From: Sediminibacterium sp.
Lineage (GTDB): Bacteria > Bacteroidota > Bacteroidia > Chitinophagales > Chitinophagaceae
NCBI GenBank assembly: GCA_044341045.1
Contig: JBIISK010000003.1
Coordinates: 6,268 to 70,267 of the forward strand
Length of the DNA stretch: 64,000 nucleotides
Direction: 5' to 3'
The notes beneath the pieces were generated by a model, which had not been told where the DNA came from, did no database searches, and was given only the letters and a program-made list of their open reading frames with translations. Within the stretch, counting starts at the first letter, position 1, and every line of letters starts with the position of its first letter. Positions 1 through 8,712 of the stretch are shown here, piece after piece. A program made the translations under genes and the position numbers.

Positions 1-102
1 AAATTACATATCAATTACGCTACTGGATTTTATCAGCGTAATATGTTTCATCAGTTATCCCTCAATTTTAATTTTGTCAATAAAGCGCTGTAAACGCAAT
101 AT

Positions 103-2547
103 TTAGTTTCCACCTTTTTTTGGTAGCACTGCTTTTGGTTTGTCCCCCGGTTTATCTTGGGGCTTGTCTTGTGGTTTTGGCACTATAGCAGGCGGAGGCG
201 GTGTTTGTTTTTTAGGATCGTTAGGTTTAGGATCTGTTGTAGGTTTTGTGTCCGTTGCTTTTTGTGATTCTGGTGCAATGTCTTCGGCTTTAATATCAAG
301 CGGCACTGCATAATCACCTTCAGTACCCGTTCCTAAATCTTCACTTTCCCCACCTAATACGGGCGGCGTATTATTTAAGTAATCCAGCATGATTTCATTT
401 TCAATCATATCAGGTTTACTAAATGTAAGCTTGGTATCTATGCCGCAATTCGGATCTGCGACAGCTTTCCCAAAAAAGTAACCCCAAATAGGTAATACGG
501 CTCTACCACCTTGTCCCCATGCACTTTCTTTATTAAAATGAATAAAACGGTCGTCTGCACCAACCCATCCACCAGCAATAAGTTGAGGCGTATAACCAAT
601 AAACCAACCATCACTATTTTCGTTGGTGGTTCCTGTTTTTCCTGCAATGGCCATGTCAGGCACATAACTCCACATACCGCGTCCTGTTCCGGCACGCATC
701 ACGCCTTCCATCATTTTTGCAACCGAGTAAGCTGTTACTTCACTAATTATTTCTTTTCTTTTTGGCGTAAATGTTGCTAGTACATTTCCATTTCTATCTT
801 CAATACGGGTTATGTACATGGGCTTTACATTAAAGCCTTTACCCGGAAACATACTATAGCTCTGCATCATTTCATACAATGAAATTTCACAAGCACCGAG
901 TGCAATGGATGGGTATGGATCAATTTTAGCGCTGATATCACTCCGCTTTAAAAATTCAACCAACCTTTTGGCGCTATTATTTCCTTCGGTGTCTAATTGT
1001 TTTAAAATATAAGCAGAAGCGCAGTTGCGAGATTGTGCAAGTGCTGCAGCCATTGGCATCGACTGACCGGTACATGATTTACCTGTGGCTGGAACAAGTC
1101 CATAGCTGCCAAAACTTTGTTGTTGATCATACACCGTTGTATTGGGTGTAAAGCCCGCTTCTTCAATCGCTAAACTATAGAGTAGGGGCTTCATGGTGGA
1201 GCCCACTTGTCTTTTGGTATTGATATTTACGTGGTCGTATTTAAAACTCTTAAATCCAATGCCGCCAACCCAAGCTTTTACTTCGCCAGTTAATGGATCC
1301 ATCACCATAAAACCTGCTTGCAACATTTGACGATGATACTTGATGGAATCGTAAGGTGTCATGAGGGTATCTTTTTCTCGCGAATCGTTCCAAGTAAAAA
1401 TGCGCATGTTTACTTTTTCGGAAAATGTTTTTTTAATCTCTTCTTCGTCGAGTCCTTCGTTTTGTAAGTTGCGCCAACGGTCCGATTGCTTCATTGAGTT
1501 TTGTAAAACATTTTCGTACCCTTTCCAAATACTTCCGTCTTTGATATTGGCCTGGGTATTAAATATTTTTTGTAAGTAGTTCATGTGCTTACCCACGGCT
1601 TCCTCTGCGTACTGTTGCATGCGCGGATTGATGGTGGTATAAATTTTTAAACCATCACGGTACAAATTGTAATTATCGCCATTTTGTTTGGTGTTTTCTT
1701 TGCACCATTTTTTTAATTCTTCACCAAGTATCATTCTAAAATAAGGTCCTAAACCTGCCGACTCGTCTAGTTTTTTATAATTGAGCTCGATAGGGGTTAG
1801 CTTTAGTTTTGCTGCTTCTACTTCCGGCAAATAATTGTTACGAACCATTTGATTGAGTACCGTGTTGCGTCTGTCAAGTGCTAATTTTGGATTGCGGCGT
1901 GGGTTATAAAGTGTACTACCTTTTAGCATGCCAATCAGTACCGCCGATTCCTGAACATTTAAGCGGTCCGGTTCTTTTTGAAAAAATGTTTTAGCCGCAT
2001 TTCTAATGCCAAATACATTATCACCAAAAGCAACCGTATTTAAATAGAGTGTTATAATTTCTTCTTTGGTAAAATTTCTTTCGAGTTTTATAGCAATCAG
2101 CGATTCTTTTATTTTTTGAATCATTCGGAGTAAAATATTGCTTGTACTCCAGTTATTGGTAAATAAATTTTTTGCGGTTTGCATGGTAATGGTACTCGCA
2201 CCACCTTCACTACCTAAAAAAAACAGGGCTCTACCTAATGAGCGTGGGTCAATTCCTTTGTGGTCATAAAAGCGTTCGTCTTCGGTGGCTACTAGTGCAT
2301 TTACAACATGCTTGCTAATGTCTTTGTATTGAACGTTTATGCGGTCTTCTAAATAAAACTTTCCCATTAGGGTTCCATCCTGCGCATATACCTGACTCGC
2401 TAATGATGCTGTTGGATTTTCGATATCATCTATAGAAGGCATACTGCCTAACCATCCAAAATTAATCATGAGCAAAAAGAGGCCAAGGCCACCCATGCTC
2501 CAAAAAAAGATGCGCCAAAAGACACGAACAGGTTTTGACATTTCCAT
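103..2547 (-). CDS. mrcA: Penicillin-binding protein 1A (GT51 transglycosylase plus transpeptidase) with Pro/Lys-rich C-terminal tail
   Basis: N-terminal TM anchor; GT51 motifs EDERFYDHKG, GASTITMQ and RKIKE-like QKIKE; transpeptidase SxxK (GSTMKP), SxN (SRN) and KTG (GKTGTT). Confidence 0.95.
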   Translation of the reverse strand: MEMSKPVRVFWRIFFWSMGGLGLFLLMINFGWLGSMPSIDDIENPTASLASQVYAQDGTLMGKFYLEDRINVQYKDISKHVVNALVATEDERFYDHKGIDPRSLGRALFFLGSEGGASTITMQTAKNLFTNNWSTSNILLRMIQKIKESLIAIKLERNFTKEEIITLYLNTVAFGDNVFGIRNAAKTFFQKEPDRLNVQESAVLIGMLKGSTLYNPRRNPKLALDRRNTVLNQMVRNNYLPEVEAAKLKLTPIELNYKKLDESAGLGPYFRMILGEELKKWCKENTKQNGDNYNLYRDGLKIYTTINPRMQQYAEEAVGKHMNYLQKIFNTQANIKDGSIWKGYENVLQNSMKQSDRWRNLQNEGLDEEEIKKTFSEKVNMRIFTWNDSREKDTLMTPYDSIKYHRQMLQAGFMVMDPLTGEVKAWVGGIGFKSFKYDHVNINTKRQVGSTMKPLLYSLAIEEAGFTPNTTVYDQQQSFGSYGLVPATGKSCTGQSMPMAAALAQSRNCASAYILKQLDTEGNNSAKRLVEFLKRSDISAKIDPYPSIALGACEISLYEMMQSYSMFPGKGFNVKPMYITRIEDRNGNVLATFTPKRKEIISEVTAYSVAKMMEGVMRAGTGRGMWSYVPDMAIAGKTGTTNENSDGWFIGYTPQLIAGGWVGADDRFIHFNKESAWGQGGRAVLPIWGYFFGKAVADPNCGIDTKLTFSKPDMIENEIMLDYLNNTPPVLGGESEDLGTGTEGDYAVPLDIKAEDIAPESQKATDTKPTTDPKPNDPKKQTPPPPAIVPKPQDKPQDKPGDKPKAVLPKKGGN

Positions 2548-2557
2548 AATAATATGT

Positions 2558-4909
2558 TTAATATAATTGGCCTTCCTCTTTTCTGGCAGGCTGTTTATTG
2601 ATTTCTTTTTCTATTGTTTCTCTTTGTTTTAAAACTTCCAAAACAGCAGCCGCTTTTTTTGCGATGCTACTTTCTTTATAGTTGGCTATAATTTTATTTA
2701 ATTTTTGTATCGCAGCACTGTCTTCTTTGTTTTTCATGAGTAGTGTTGCTTCCATAAATAAAAACTGTGGCGCCCAAATGTCTTTTCCGTATTTAGCTAT
2801 GGCTTCCTCTTTTAGTGCAAGTGCTTTTTCATATTCTCCTTTGGTAAAATATTCGTAAATAGTATCGTAGGTAATATCTGCACCACTGATGCTAGGTGTG
2901 CTACTTGCTGCTTCTTTTTTGGATAGCAACTTACTACTTGGAAATTTAACTTGAAAAAGTTTTTGAACCGAATCTGCTTTTTGAACATCACCCAAAACAC
3001 TATAGCAAAGTGCTAAATTGTGGTATGCCATATCTAGTGAGGAGCCTGATAAAAATTTACTCATATAAAAACGGTAGGCTTCTATAGCAGAAGGGTAGTC
3101 CGATAAATTTAGTTGAAATATTTGCGCATTATCAAGTAGTGCTTTAGCCCATTTTTCGTTGGAGGCTTCTAGTTGTTTGGCTCCAGTAGGAACTGATTCG
3201 GCTAGTGCTTCGTAACTAATAGTTGAACTACTGTCTTTGTTTACAGCATCTGTGGTGGCAGCTACCGTATTCATAGTTACTGCTCCAATATTGGCATCGA
3301 GGGCAGCTTGTCTTCTCCAATTGTCAAGGTTTTGTCTGTTGCCCCATGTTGTTTTAAAGGTTGCCGATCCTTTAGAGCGAAGTGCTTTATTCAAAAAATA
3401 AAAATCGGCGTTGGCGCCACTGCTAAATAAGTCAAAATTTGTAGCTGCGTTTGCGTCTACAAATTTATCCTGCGAAGCATCATCTTTTTCCTTGCGTAAT
3501 TGTTTATACAACTTTCTTAAAAATACTGTCCTTTCAATTTCTGGAAGAGCGGCAATTTTTTGTAAGCTATCTTCTAGTTCAATAATTGTTAAATTGGCAT
3601 TAATGAGTTGAAGTGCTGGTTTCCTAGTTTCAATTTTTTCTTTTTGATTGAGCTCCAGGTTTTGAATATTTATGCTATCGTAAAATTTATAGGCAGCACC
3701 ATATTTTTTTTGATCATAATTGATATCGCCAAGTAGTATAAATGATTTTTGTTTTTGTAATTCGTTATCGCCCGCATTTTTAATACTTTCTAATAAATAA
3801 TTTTGGGTAAGGATATAATTCTTTTTAGAAAGTTCTATGGAAGCGGCTGCAAAATAAATAACGTCTTTATAGGCTTCGTACCTATCTTTTTTGGCCATTA
3901 GTAAAAGGGCTTTACTGTCAGCTCCTGTAGTAACGCTTAATCTATTTAATGCTACGTTGGCGTATATTTCTAAATAAGGGTCCTGCGCTGCATTAATGGC
4001 AGTTTGATAATATTGTTTAGCCTGGGTTTGTAGGCCAGCTTTTTCATATAACTGAGCCGTTAAGTATGCTTTTCTTGATTTATCTATTTTATTAACTGCA
4101 AATGAAATAGTTTTTGCTAAAAAGTTAGCGGCTAAATCGTAGCGTTCTCCTTTGTAATGGCCGTAAGCTGTTAATTCGTCGAGTGCAGGAATAAGTCTGT
4201 TAGGGAAAACTTTATCCGTTCTTAATAAAGCTATTAATCCAGTAGCTTCCGATTGTTTATTTTGTTCAAGATAGGTACGAATCATCCATAAAAAACTTTC
4301 GTTTCTGCTTGGAATAGTGGTGGTTATTTTTTGCCAAATATTTCTTTTTTCATTGGTTGAAATGGAAAATACGCCGTCTGCGTTACTAATATTACTTCCA
4401 ATTGGAATATCGGTGCCTTCATCCTTGGGAGCGAAAGCATAATTGACATATTTAAAAACAGCTAGTGCCGAATCATAATCTTGGCGGTGTAAATAAGCCT
4501 TCCCTAAAATGATGTATAAATTATCTACCCAATCGCTTCTTAAATCGTGTAATAAAATACCAGCAGTGCATTTATAAATGATGGTATCAATTTCGTCTTT
4601 TGCCGTGGTTTCTAAACTGTATGGGAAAAAGGGTAGTAGCTCAGCATAGTTTTCAATTTGCTTTTGGGTGGCTCTTTCAATAATTCCACTAAGCCTATTT
4701 GTGGCATTAAAAACATAGTTGTACCTCGTAACCGTATTGTTAAAAATTCGTTTAGGTAAACGAAATCCTTTTTCACCTGTTTTTTCGGCAGGTAAGAGTC
4801 GTTCGGTGTAGGGTTTATTTTTTTGTAAACTTATGCCCGTGTAAGGTTGGGCAACTAAATCGTGTGCCAAGCCAACCATCAAAAATAATACCAGCGCATA
4901 GGTTTTCAT
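2558..4909 (-). CDS. sprE: TPR-rich SprE/PorW-like protein (type IX secretion/gliding accessory); start refined to ATG 4909
   Basis: N-terminal TRYNYVFNA and DWVDNLYIILGKA resemble the conserved SprE/PorW N-terminus; many TPR-like helices; FYFLN and WGNRQNLDNWRR match the conserved SprE/PorW central motif; signal peptide MKTYALVLFLMVGLAHDLVA-Q. Confidence 0.7.
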   Translation of the reverse strand: MKTYALVLFLMVGLAHDLVAQPYTGISLQKNKPYTERLLPAEKTGEKGFRLPKRIFNNTVTRYNYVFNATNRLSGIIERATQKQIENYAELLPFFPYSLETTAKDEIDTIIYKCTAGILLHDLRSDWVDNLYIILGKAYLHRQDYDSALAVFKYVNYAFAPKDEGTDIPIGSNISNADGVFSISTNEKRNIWQKITTTIPSRNESFLWMIRTYLEQNKQSEATGLIALLRTDKVFPNRLIPALDELTAYGHYKGERYDLAANFLAKTISFAVNKIDKSRKAYLTAQLYEKAGLQTQAKQYYQTAINAAQDPYLEIYANVALNRLSVTTGADSKALLLMAKKDRYEAYKDVIYFAAASIELSKKNYILTQNYLLESIKNAGDNELQKQKSFILLGDINYDQKKYGAAYKFYDSINIQNLELNQKEKIETRKPALQLINANLTIIELEDSLQKIAALPEIERTVFLRKLYKQLRKEKDDASQDKFVDANAATNFDLFSSGANADFYFLNKALRSKGSATFKTTWGNRQNLDNWRRQAALDANIGAVTMNTVAATTDAVNKDSSSTISYEALAESVPTGAKQLEASNEKWAKALLDNAQIFQLNLSDYPSAIEAYRFYMSKFLSGSSLDMAYHNLALCYSVLGDVQKADSVQKLFQVKFPSSKLLSKKEAASSTPSISGADITYDTIYEYFTKGEYEKALALKEEAIAKYGKDIWAPQFLFMEATLLMKNKEDSAAIQKLNKIIANYKESSIAKKAAAVLEVLKQRETIEKEINKQPARKEEGQLY

Positions 4910-5001
4910 GTATCTTAAATAGGCCTTAAAAATACATTTATTTCTGTTTTGAGGGCGCATTAAAACAACTTTAAGGGCTACCTTTATGCTTATTTAACAA
5001 T

Positions 5002-5400
5002 ATGGACACCATACCCACTAAAAACGAGCCCCCCCGACTAGGTACCCACTACCGTTTAGTGGTGATGGACGACGATACTTTTGAAGAAGTCGTTACCCTT
5101 AAACTCTCCAGAACAAGCGTGTATATTGGTCTTAGTACTTTATTTGTGTTTCTAATTGGCATTACAATCGTTTTTATTGCATTTACGCCGCTCAAATATT
5201 ATATCCCTGGATATGGAACTAGGGAGGGGCGCGCGGCACTTCAAAATTTAAAAATCAGAACCGATTCGTTAGAGCAAGTGATCAGGTACAACGAGCAATA
5301 TTTTAATAGCGTTAAAAAAGTGATGGAAGGCACCGACAAGGGTATGGAATTGGATACGGTTCCATTAAACATTCCTAAGGCCGAAGTAATTCATGATTAA
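5002..5400 (+). CDS. Membrane-anchored protein resembling the N-terminal (non-catalytic) part of Bacteroidota M23 peptidases
   Basis: YRLVVMDDDTFEEV...KLSR, a TM helix, FTPLKYYIPGY and a short coiled coil; no HxxxD/HxH M23 motifs before the stop. Confidence 0.6.
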   Translation: MDTIPTKNEPPRLGTHYRLVVMDDDTFEEVVTLKLSRTSVYIGLSTLFVFLIGITIVFIAFTPLKYYIPGYGTREGRAALQNLKIRTDSLEQVIRYNEQYFNSVKKVMEGTDKGMELDTVPLNIPKAEVIHD

Positions 5401-5421
5401 ATTTACTCTATTTATTTAGCC

Positions 5422-5643
5422 ATGCCACAAAAAGATCCAAAGCCGTTTTTACAGTATGCAAGTTTGGCCACCCAACTATTGGTGTCATTTGCATTTGCCG
5501 CCTTCGGCGGCAAATGGCTGGATCTCAATTTTTTTTCTCAAAAACCTGTTTTTATCTGGATACTTCCCCTGCTCGTAGGCATTGGACTCATCATAAAAGT
5601 AATCAAAGACACCGATAATAAAACTGACAAAAAAATAAATTAA
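5422..5643 (+). CDS. AtpZ/AtpI family small membrane protein
   Basis: 73 aa with two TM helices and the typical Y-x-SLATQL...GKWLD pattern; basic C-tail. Confidence 0.75.
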   Translation: MPQKDPKPFLQYASLATQLLVSFAFAAFGGKWLDLNFFSQKPVFIWILPLLVGIGLIIKVIKDTDNKTDKKIN

Positions 5644-5645
5644 AG

Positions 5646-6047
5646 ATGGCCAGATTTAGTAATTCAGAATTTAAACTGCTGTACCCCATTACTGGGCTTT
5701 TTGTTTTTGTAACCTGGATGGTTCATTTAGGAGAACAGGAACTTATCAAATATAAGTTCGTACCCTCGGTAATCAATGCTGCTAATTTATTACTCTTTGC
5801 ACTTACGCTTTTGGGTTTATTGGCTCTTATTAGTGCTGCTAAAGATCCAAACCCCAATGTACTTGTAAGAACCGTCATGGCCTTTATGGGGTTTCGTTTA
5901 ATTGGACTTGCTGTTATACTTGTTTCCTATATTAAAATGTCAGGTGCTGGAATTAGTCCACGCTCTGTGTATGCCGGATTTGCGCTCTATCCACTATATA
6001 CCTGGCTTGAAATCAGGCTATTTTTAAAATTGAATGTTAAAAAGTAA
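5646..6047 (+). CDS. Four-TM membrane protein, AtpI-like accessory (DUF6168-like)
   Basis: 133 aa with four hydrophobic segments; motif VRTVMAFMGFRL; lies directly after an AtpZ/I gene, the position this protein type occupies in Bacteroidota atp loci. Confidence 0.5.
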   Translation: MARFSNSEFKLLYPITGLFVFVTWMVHLGEQELIKYKFVPSVINAANLLLFALTLLGLLALISAAKDPNPNVLVRTVMAFMGFRLIGLAVILVSYIKMSGAGISPRSVYAGFALYPLYTWLEIRLFLKLNVKK

Positions 6048-6679
6048 TGCCCATTAACGAGCATCCGATGCAGGCCTTGGCTGGTTTTTTGCCAGACAAA
6101 AGTTTTGAGCAAGTGCTTGCGTATTTGCATGAATACCGGGTGCATTTAACCATTACCAAACAGCGTAAATCGGTACTTGGTGATTACCGTCATCCAGGTA
6201 GGGGCGCCAACCACCGCATTAGCATCAATGGCAATTTAAATAAGTTTGAATTTTTAATTACGTTTTTACACGAGCTCGCGCATTTACTCACTTTCGAAAA
6301 ATTTAGTAACCGTGTAGAAGCGCATGGTAAAGAATGGAAATTTTGTTACGGGCAGCTATTGCAACATTTTGTGGCGCAACAAATTTTTCCGCCCGATATA
6401 GAAAAAGCACTTCAAAAATCTATTTTAAATCCTGCAGCTACAGCAGGTGGTGAAACCGAATTGTTAATGTTACTTCGCGGTTACAACGAAAAGCAAAAGC
6501 CCGGATACGCACTGGTAGCAAGTGTTGCAGAGGGTTCATTATTTGTAACAGACAATAGACGCGTATTTTGTAAAGGGCCACTGCGGCGCAAACGTTACGA
6601 ATGCGTTGAGGTTAAAACCGGACTCCGATATACTTTTAGCGCGCTTACAGAAGTAAAGCCTATTCCAAATCCACAATAA
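6047..6679 (+). CDS. SprT-like zinc metalloprotease domain protein
   Basis: FLITFLHELAH (HExxH), HGKEWK, LGDYR; start overlaps the upstream stop (TAATG). This is not the Flavobacterium gliding gene sprT/porT. Confidence 0.85.
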   Translation: MPINEHPMQALAGFLPDKSFEQVLAYLHEYRVHLTITKQRKSVLGDYRHPGRGANHRISINGNLNKFEFLITFLHELAHLLTFEKFSNRVEAHGKEWKFCYGQLLQHFVAQQIFPPDIEKALQKSILNPAATAGGETELLMLLRGYNEKQKPGYALVASVAEGSLFVTDNRRVFCKGPLRRKRYECVEVKTGLRYTFSALTEVKPIPNPQ

Positions 6680-6730
6680 ATAGCAACAGGATTGCGCGTG
6701 CAATATAAATCACGTGTGATGCATGCGCAT

Positions 6731-6770
6731 AAAAAAGCCCCCAACATGTTGGAGGCTTTTATTTTTTTAT
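6731..6770. terminator. Bidirectional intrinsic terminator between sprT-like and sucC
   Basis: AAAAGCC-C-CCAACATGTTGG-A-GGCTTTT flanked by A and T tracts, between convergent genes. Confidence 0.85.
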
Positions 6771-6778
6771 CTATTGAT

Positions 6779-7990
6779 TTAAGCAACTGCTTTTTTAACA
6801 AGGTCTGCAGCTTCGCTTAACTGAATGGCCGACTGAACTTTAAGTCCACTCTCATCAATTAATTTTTTAGCTTCTACCGCATTGGTTCCTTGTAAACGCA
6901 CGATGATCGGAATATTGATATTGCCTAATTTGTTAAAGGCTTCAATTACACCAGCAGCAACACGGTCACAACGAACGATACCGCCAAAGATGTTAATTAA
7001 AATAGCCTTTACATTCGGGTCTTTCATGATAATTCTAAAACCTGCTTCTACTGTTTGCGCATTAGCAGTACCACCTACGTCTAAAAAGTTAGCTGGCTCA
7101 CCACCACTTAACTTAATCATATCCATAGTAGCCATCGCAAGTCCGGCACCATTTACCATACAACCTACGTTACCGTCTAGTTTTACAAAGTTTAGGTTAA
7201 ACTCACCTGCTTCTACTTCGGTAGGATCTTCTTCCGATACATCGCGCATAGCTAGTAAATCGGCGTGGCGCATCAGTGCGTTATCGTCGATATTCATTTT
7301 GCAATCCACTGCAATGATTTTTTCATCCGATGTTTTAAATAATGGATTGATTTCAAGCATTCCGCAATCTAGATTAACATATGCATTGTAAAGGTTGGTT
7401 ACAAACTTTACACAGTTTTTAAAAGCTTCGCCAGAAAGACCTAGGTTAAAAGCAATTTTACGTGCTTGAAAACCCTGAAGCCCACCACCTGGGTGTACCC
7501 ACTCTTTAAATATTTTTTCTGGGGTGTTGTGCGCTACTTCTTCGATATCCATGCCACCTTCGGTACTATACATCACCACATTCATACCTTTTGAACGGTC
7601 TAATAAAATAGACAAGTAAAATTCCTTTACTTCGTTAGGACCAGGATAATAAACGTCCTGTGCAATTAATATTTTATTAACAAGTTTGCCGGCAGCACCA
7701 GTTTGAATGGTAACTAGGGTGCCTCCGAGTAAATTACCCGCAATTGTTTTTACATCATCTTCGCTTTTAGCAACTGCTACACCACGCTGCTCATTTCCTA
7801 CAACCTTACCCTTGCCTCTACCACCTGCGTGGATTTGGGCTTTAATTACCGCAAAATTATTGCCGGTTTGGGCCTTTAAAGTGGCATAAGCTACAGCTGC
7901 CGCGTCTACTGTTTCTACCGCTACACCTTCCTGTACTGGAACGTTGTACTTTTTGAGAAGTTCTTTAGCTTGGTACTCATGAAGATTCAT
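6779..7990 (-). CDS. sucC: Succinyl-CoA synthetase beta subunit
   Basis: MNLHEYQAKELL, KAQIHAGGRGKG, GNVGCMVNGAGLAMATMD, NFLDVGG, NIFGGIVRCD. Confidence 0.98.
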   Translation of the reverse strand: MNLHEYQAKELLKKYNVPVQEGVAVETVDAAAVAYATLKAQTGNNFAVIKAQIHAGGRGKGKVVGNEQRGVAVAKSEDDVKTIAGNLLGGTLVTIQTGAAGKLVNKILIAQDVYYPGPNEVKEFYLSILLDRSKGMNVVMYSTEGGMDIEEVAHNTPEKIFKEWVHPGGGLQGFQARKIAFNLGLSGEAFKNCVKFVTNLYNAYVNLDCGMLEINPLFKTSDEKIIAVDCKMNIDDNALMRHADLLAMRDVSEEDPTEVEAGEFNLNFVKLDGNVGCMVNGAGLAMATMDMIKLSGGEPANFLDVGGTANAQTVEAGFRIIMKDPNVKAILINIFGGIVRCDRVAAGVIEAFNKLGNINIPIIVRLQGTNAVEAKKLIDESGLKVQSAIQLSEAADLVKKAVA

Positions 7991-8004
7991 ACAAAAAATT
8001 TTTG

Positions 8005-8012
8005 CGAAGATA
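8005..8012 (-). promoter_or_regulatory. Bacteroidota -7 promoter element for sucC
   Basis: TATCTTCG on the minus strand (near TAnnTTTG), 14 nt before the ATG. Confidence 0.6.
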
Positions 8013-8084
8013 AGCGAAACGGCTTTACATTAAAACCCTTAATTTTACCTTAATTAATCGTATAAACACTTAAAATTCAATACA

Positions 8085-8651
8085 ATGATGAAAAAAACAT
8101 CCTTTTTGCTATTAGGAGCCGCTTTTTTAGTGAGTTCATTAGCATTTGTAGCCCCAAAAAACCCTAAAGCGCCCCTTATTTTAGCTGTTCAGTCAGACAA
8201 AAGCAGGGTAGACTTTATTGGCTCTAAAGCAGCCGATTTTCATACCGGTACCTTTACTGTAAAAGGTGGAAGCGTTCAGGTCGAAGGTGGTAAATTAGTA
8301 GGTGGTTCTTTTGTAATTGACCTTGCTAATTTAAAAGTTACAGACGCTGCAGGTGAAAGACTTGCTGGTCACTTAAAAAGTGCTGACTTTTTTGATGTAG
8401 CTAAATTCGGAGAAGCAACCTATACTATTTCTTCTGTAGATTATTCTAGCGCAACTGCTTGCACCATTAACGGTACTTTAAATGTTAAAGGTGTTGGTGT
8501 CCCAGTAAGCTTCGCTTCAAATATCAGAAGTGCTTCAGAAAAAGGCTTTTTTGGTCAAGCATATTTTAGCATTGATCGTACTTTATTAGGTATTGCATAC
8601 GCAGGTCCTTCTAAAGACGTTCAAATTGCTGTGCATTTGTTTGCAAAGTAA
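8085..8651 (+). CDS. YceI family lipid/polyisoprenoid-binding protein
   Basis: Signal peptide; S-x-V-x-F-x-G-x-K, HTG, HLKSADFFDVAKF, GTLNVKG, FSIDRT. Confidence 0.88.
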   Translation: MMKKTSFLLLGAAFLVSSLAFVAPKNPKAPLILAVQSDKSRVDFIGSKAADFHTGTFTVKGGSVQVEGGKLVGGSFVIDLANLKVTDAAGERLAGHLKSADFFDVAKFGEATYTISSVDYSSATACTINGTLNVKGVGVPVSFASNIRSASEKGFFGQAYFSIDRTLLGIAYAGPSKDVQIAVHLFAK

Positions 8652-8676
8652 TTTTTTTTTATACCCCCTTCGAGAT

Positions 8677-8712
8677 AGAGAGCTCCAGCATTTTTTGTTG
8701 GGGCTTTCTTAT
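8677..8712 (+). terminator. Probable intrinsic terminator after yceI-like gene (abuts S8 stop)
   Basis: AGAGAGCTCCAGCA-TTTTT-TGTTGGGGCTTTCT hairpin with G-U pairs, followed by a T-rich run. Confidence 0.6.

Noticed and set aside
15-43. ATTACGCT-N13-AGCGTAAT hairpin downstream of mrcA
   Set aside because: Large loop, no U tract, and context truncated by the window edge; not called as a terminator.
5002-5400. Pseudogene call for the truncated M23-like ORF
   Set aside because: No frameshifted or degraded peptidase sequence follows; the stop is clean and the next gene begins 21 nt later.
6047-6679. Calling this gene the gliding-motility sprT because it is near sprE
   Set aside because: It is an HExxH SprT-like metalloprotease; the T9SS SprT/PorT is an unrelated beta-barrel.
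6690-6730. Cluster of short palindromes (ATTGC-GCGT-GCAAT, ATCAC-GT-GTGAT, ATGCGCAT) before the terminator
   Set aside because: Stems of 5 bp or less, with no repeat elsewhere in the window; compatible with chance.
6882-7391. 169-aa ORF antisense to sucC, and similar shadow ORFs opposite the S8, MFS, TBDR, topA, GH13 and coiled-coil genes
   Set aside because: They lie wholly opposite well-supported genes, have no recognisable motifs, and are the expected by-product of codon bias.
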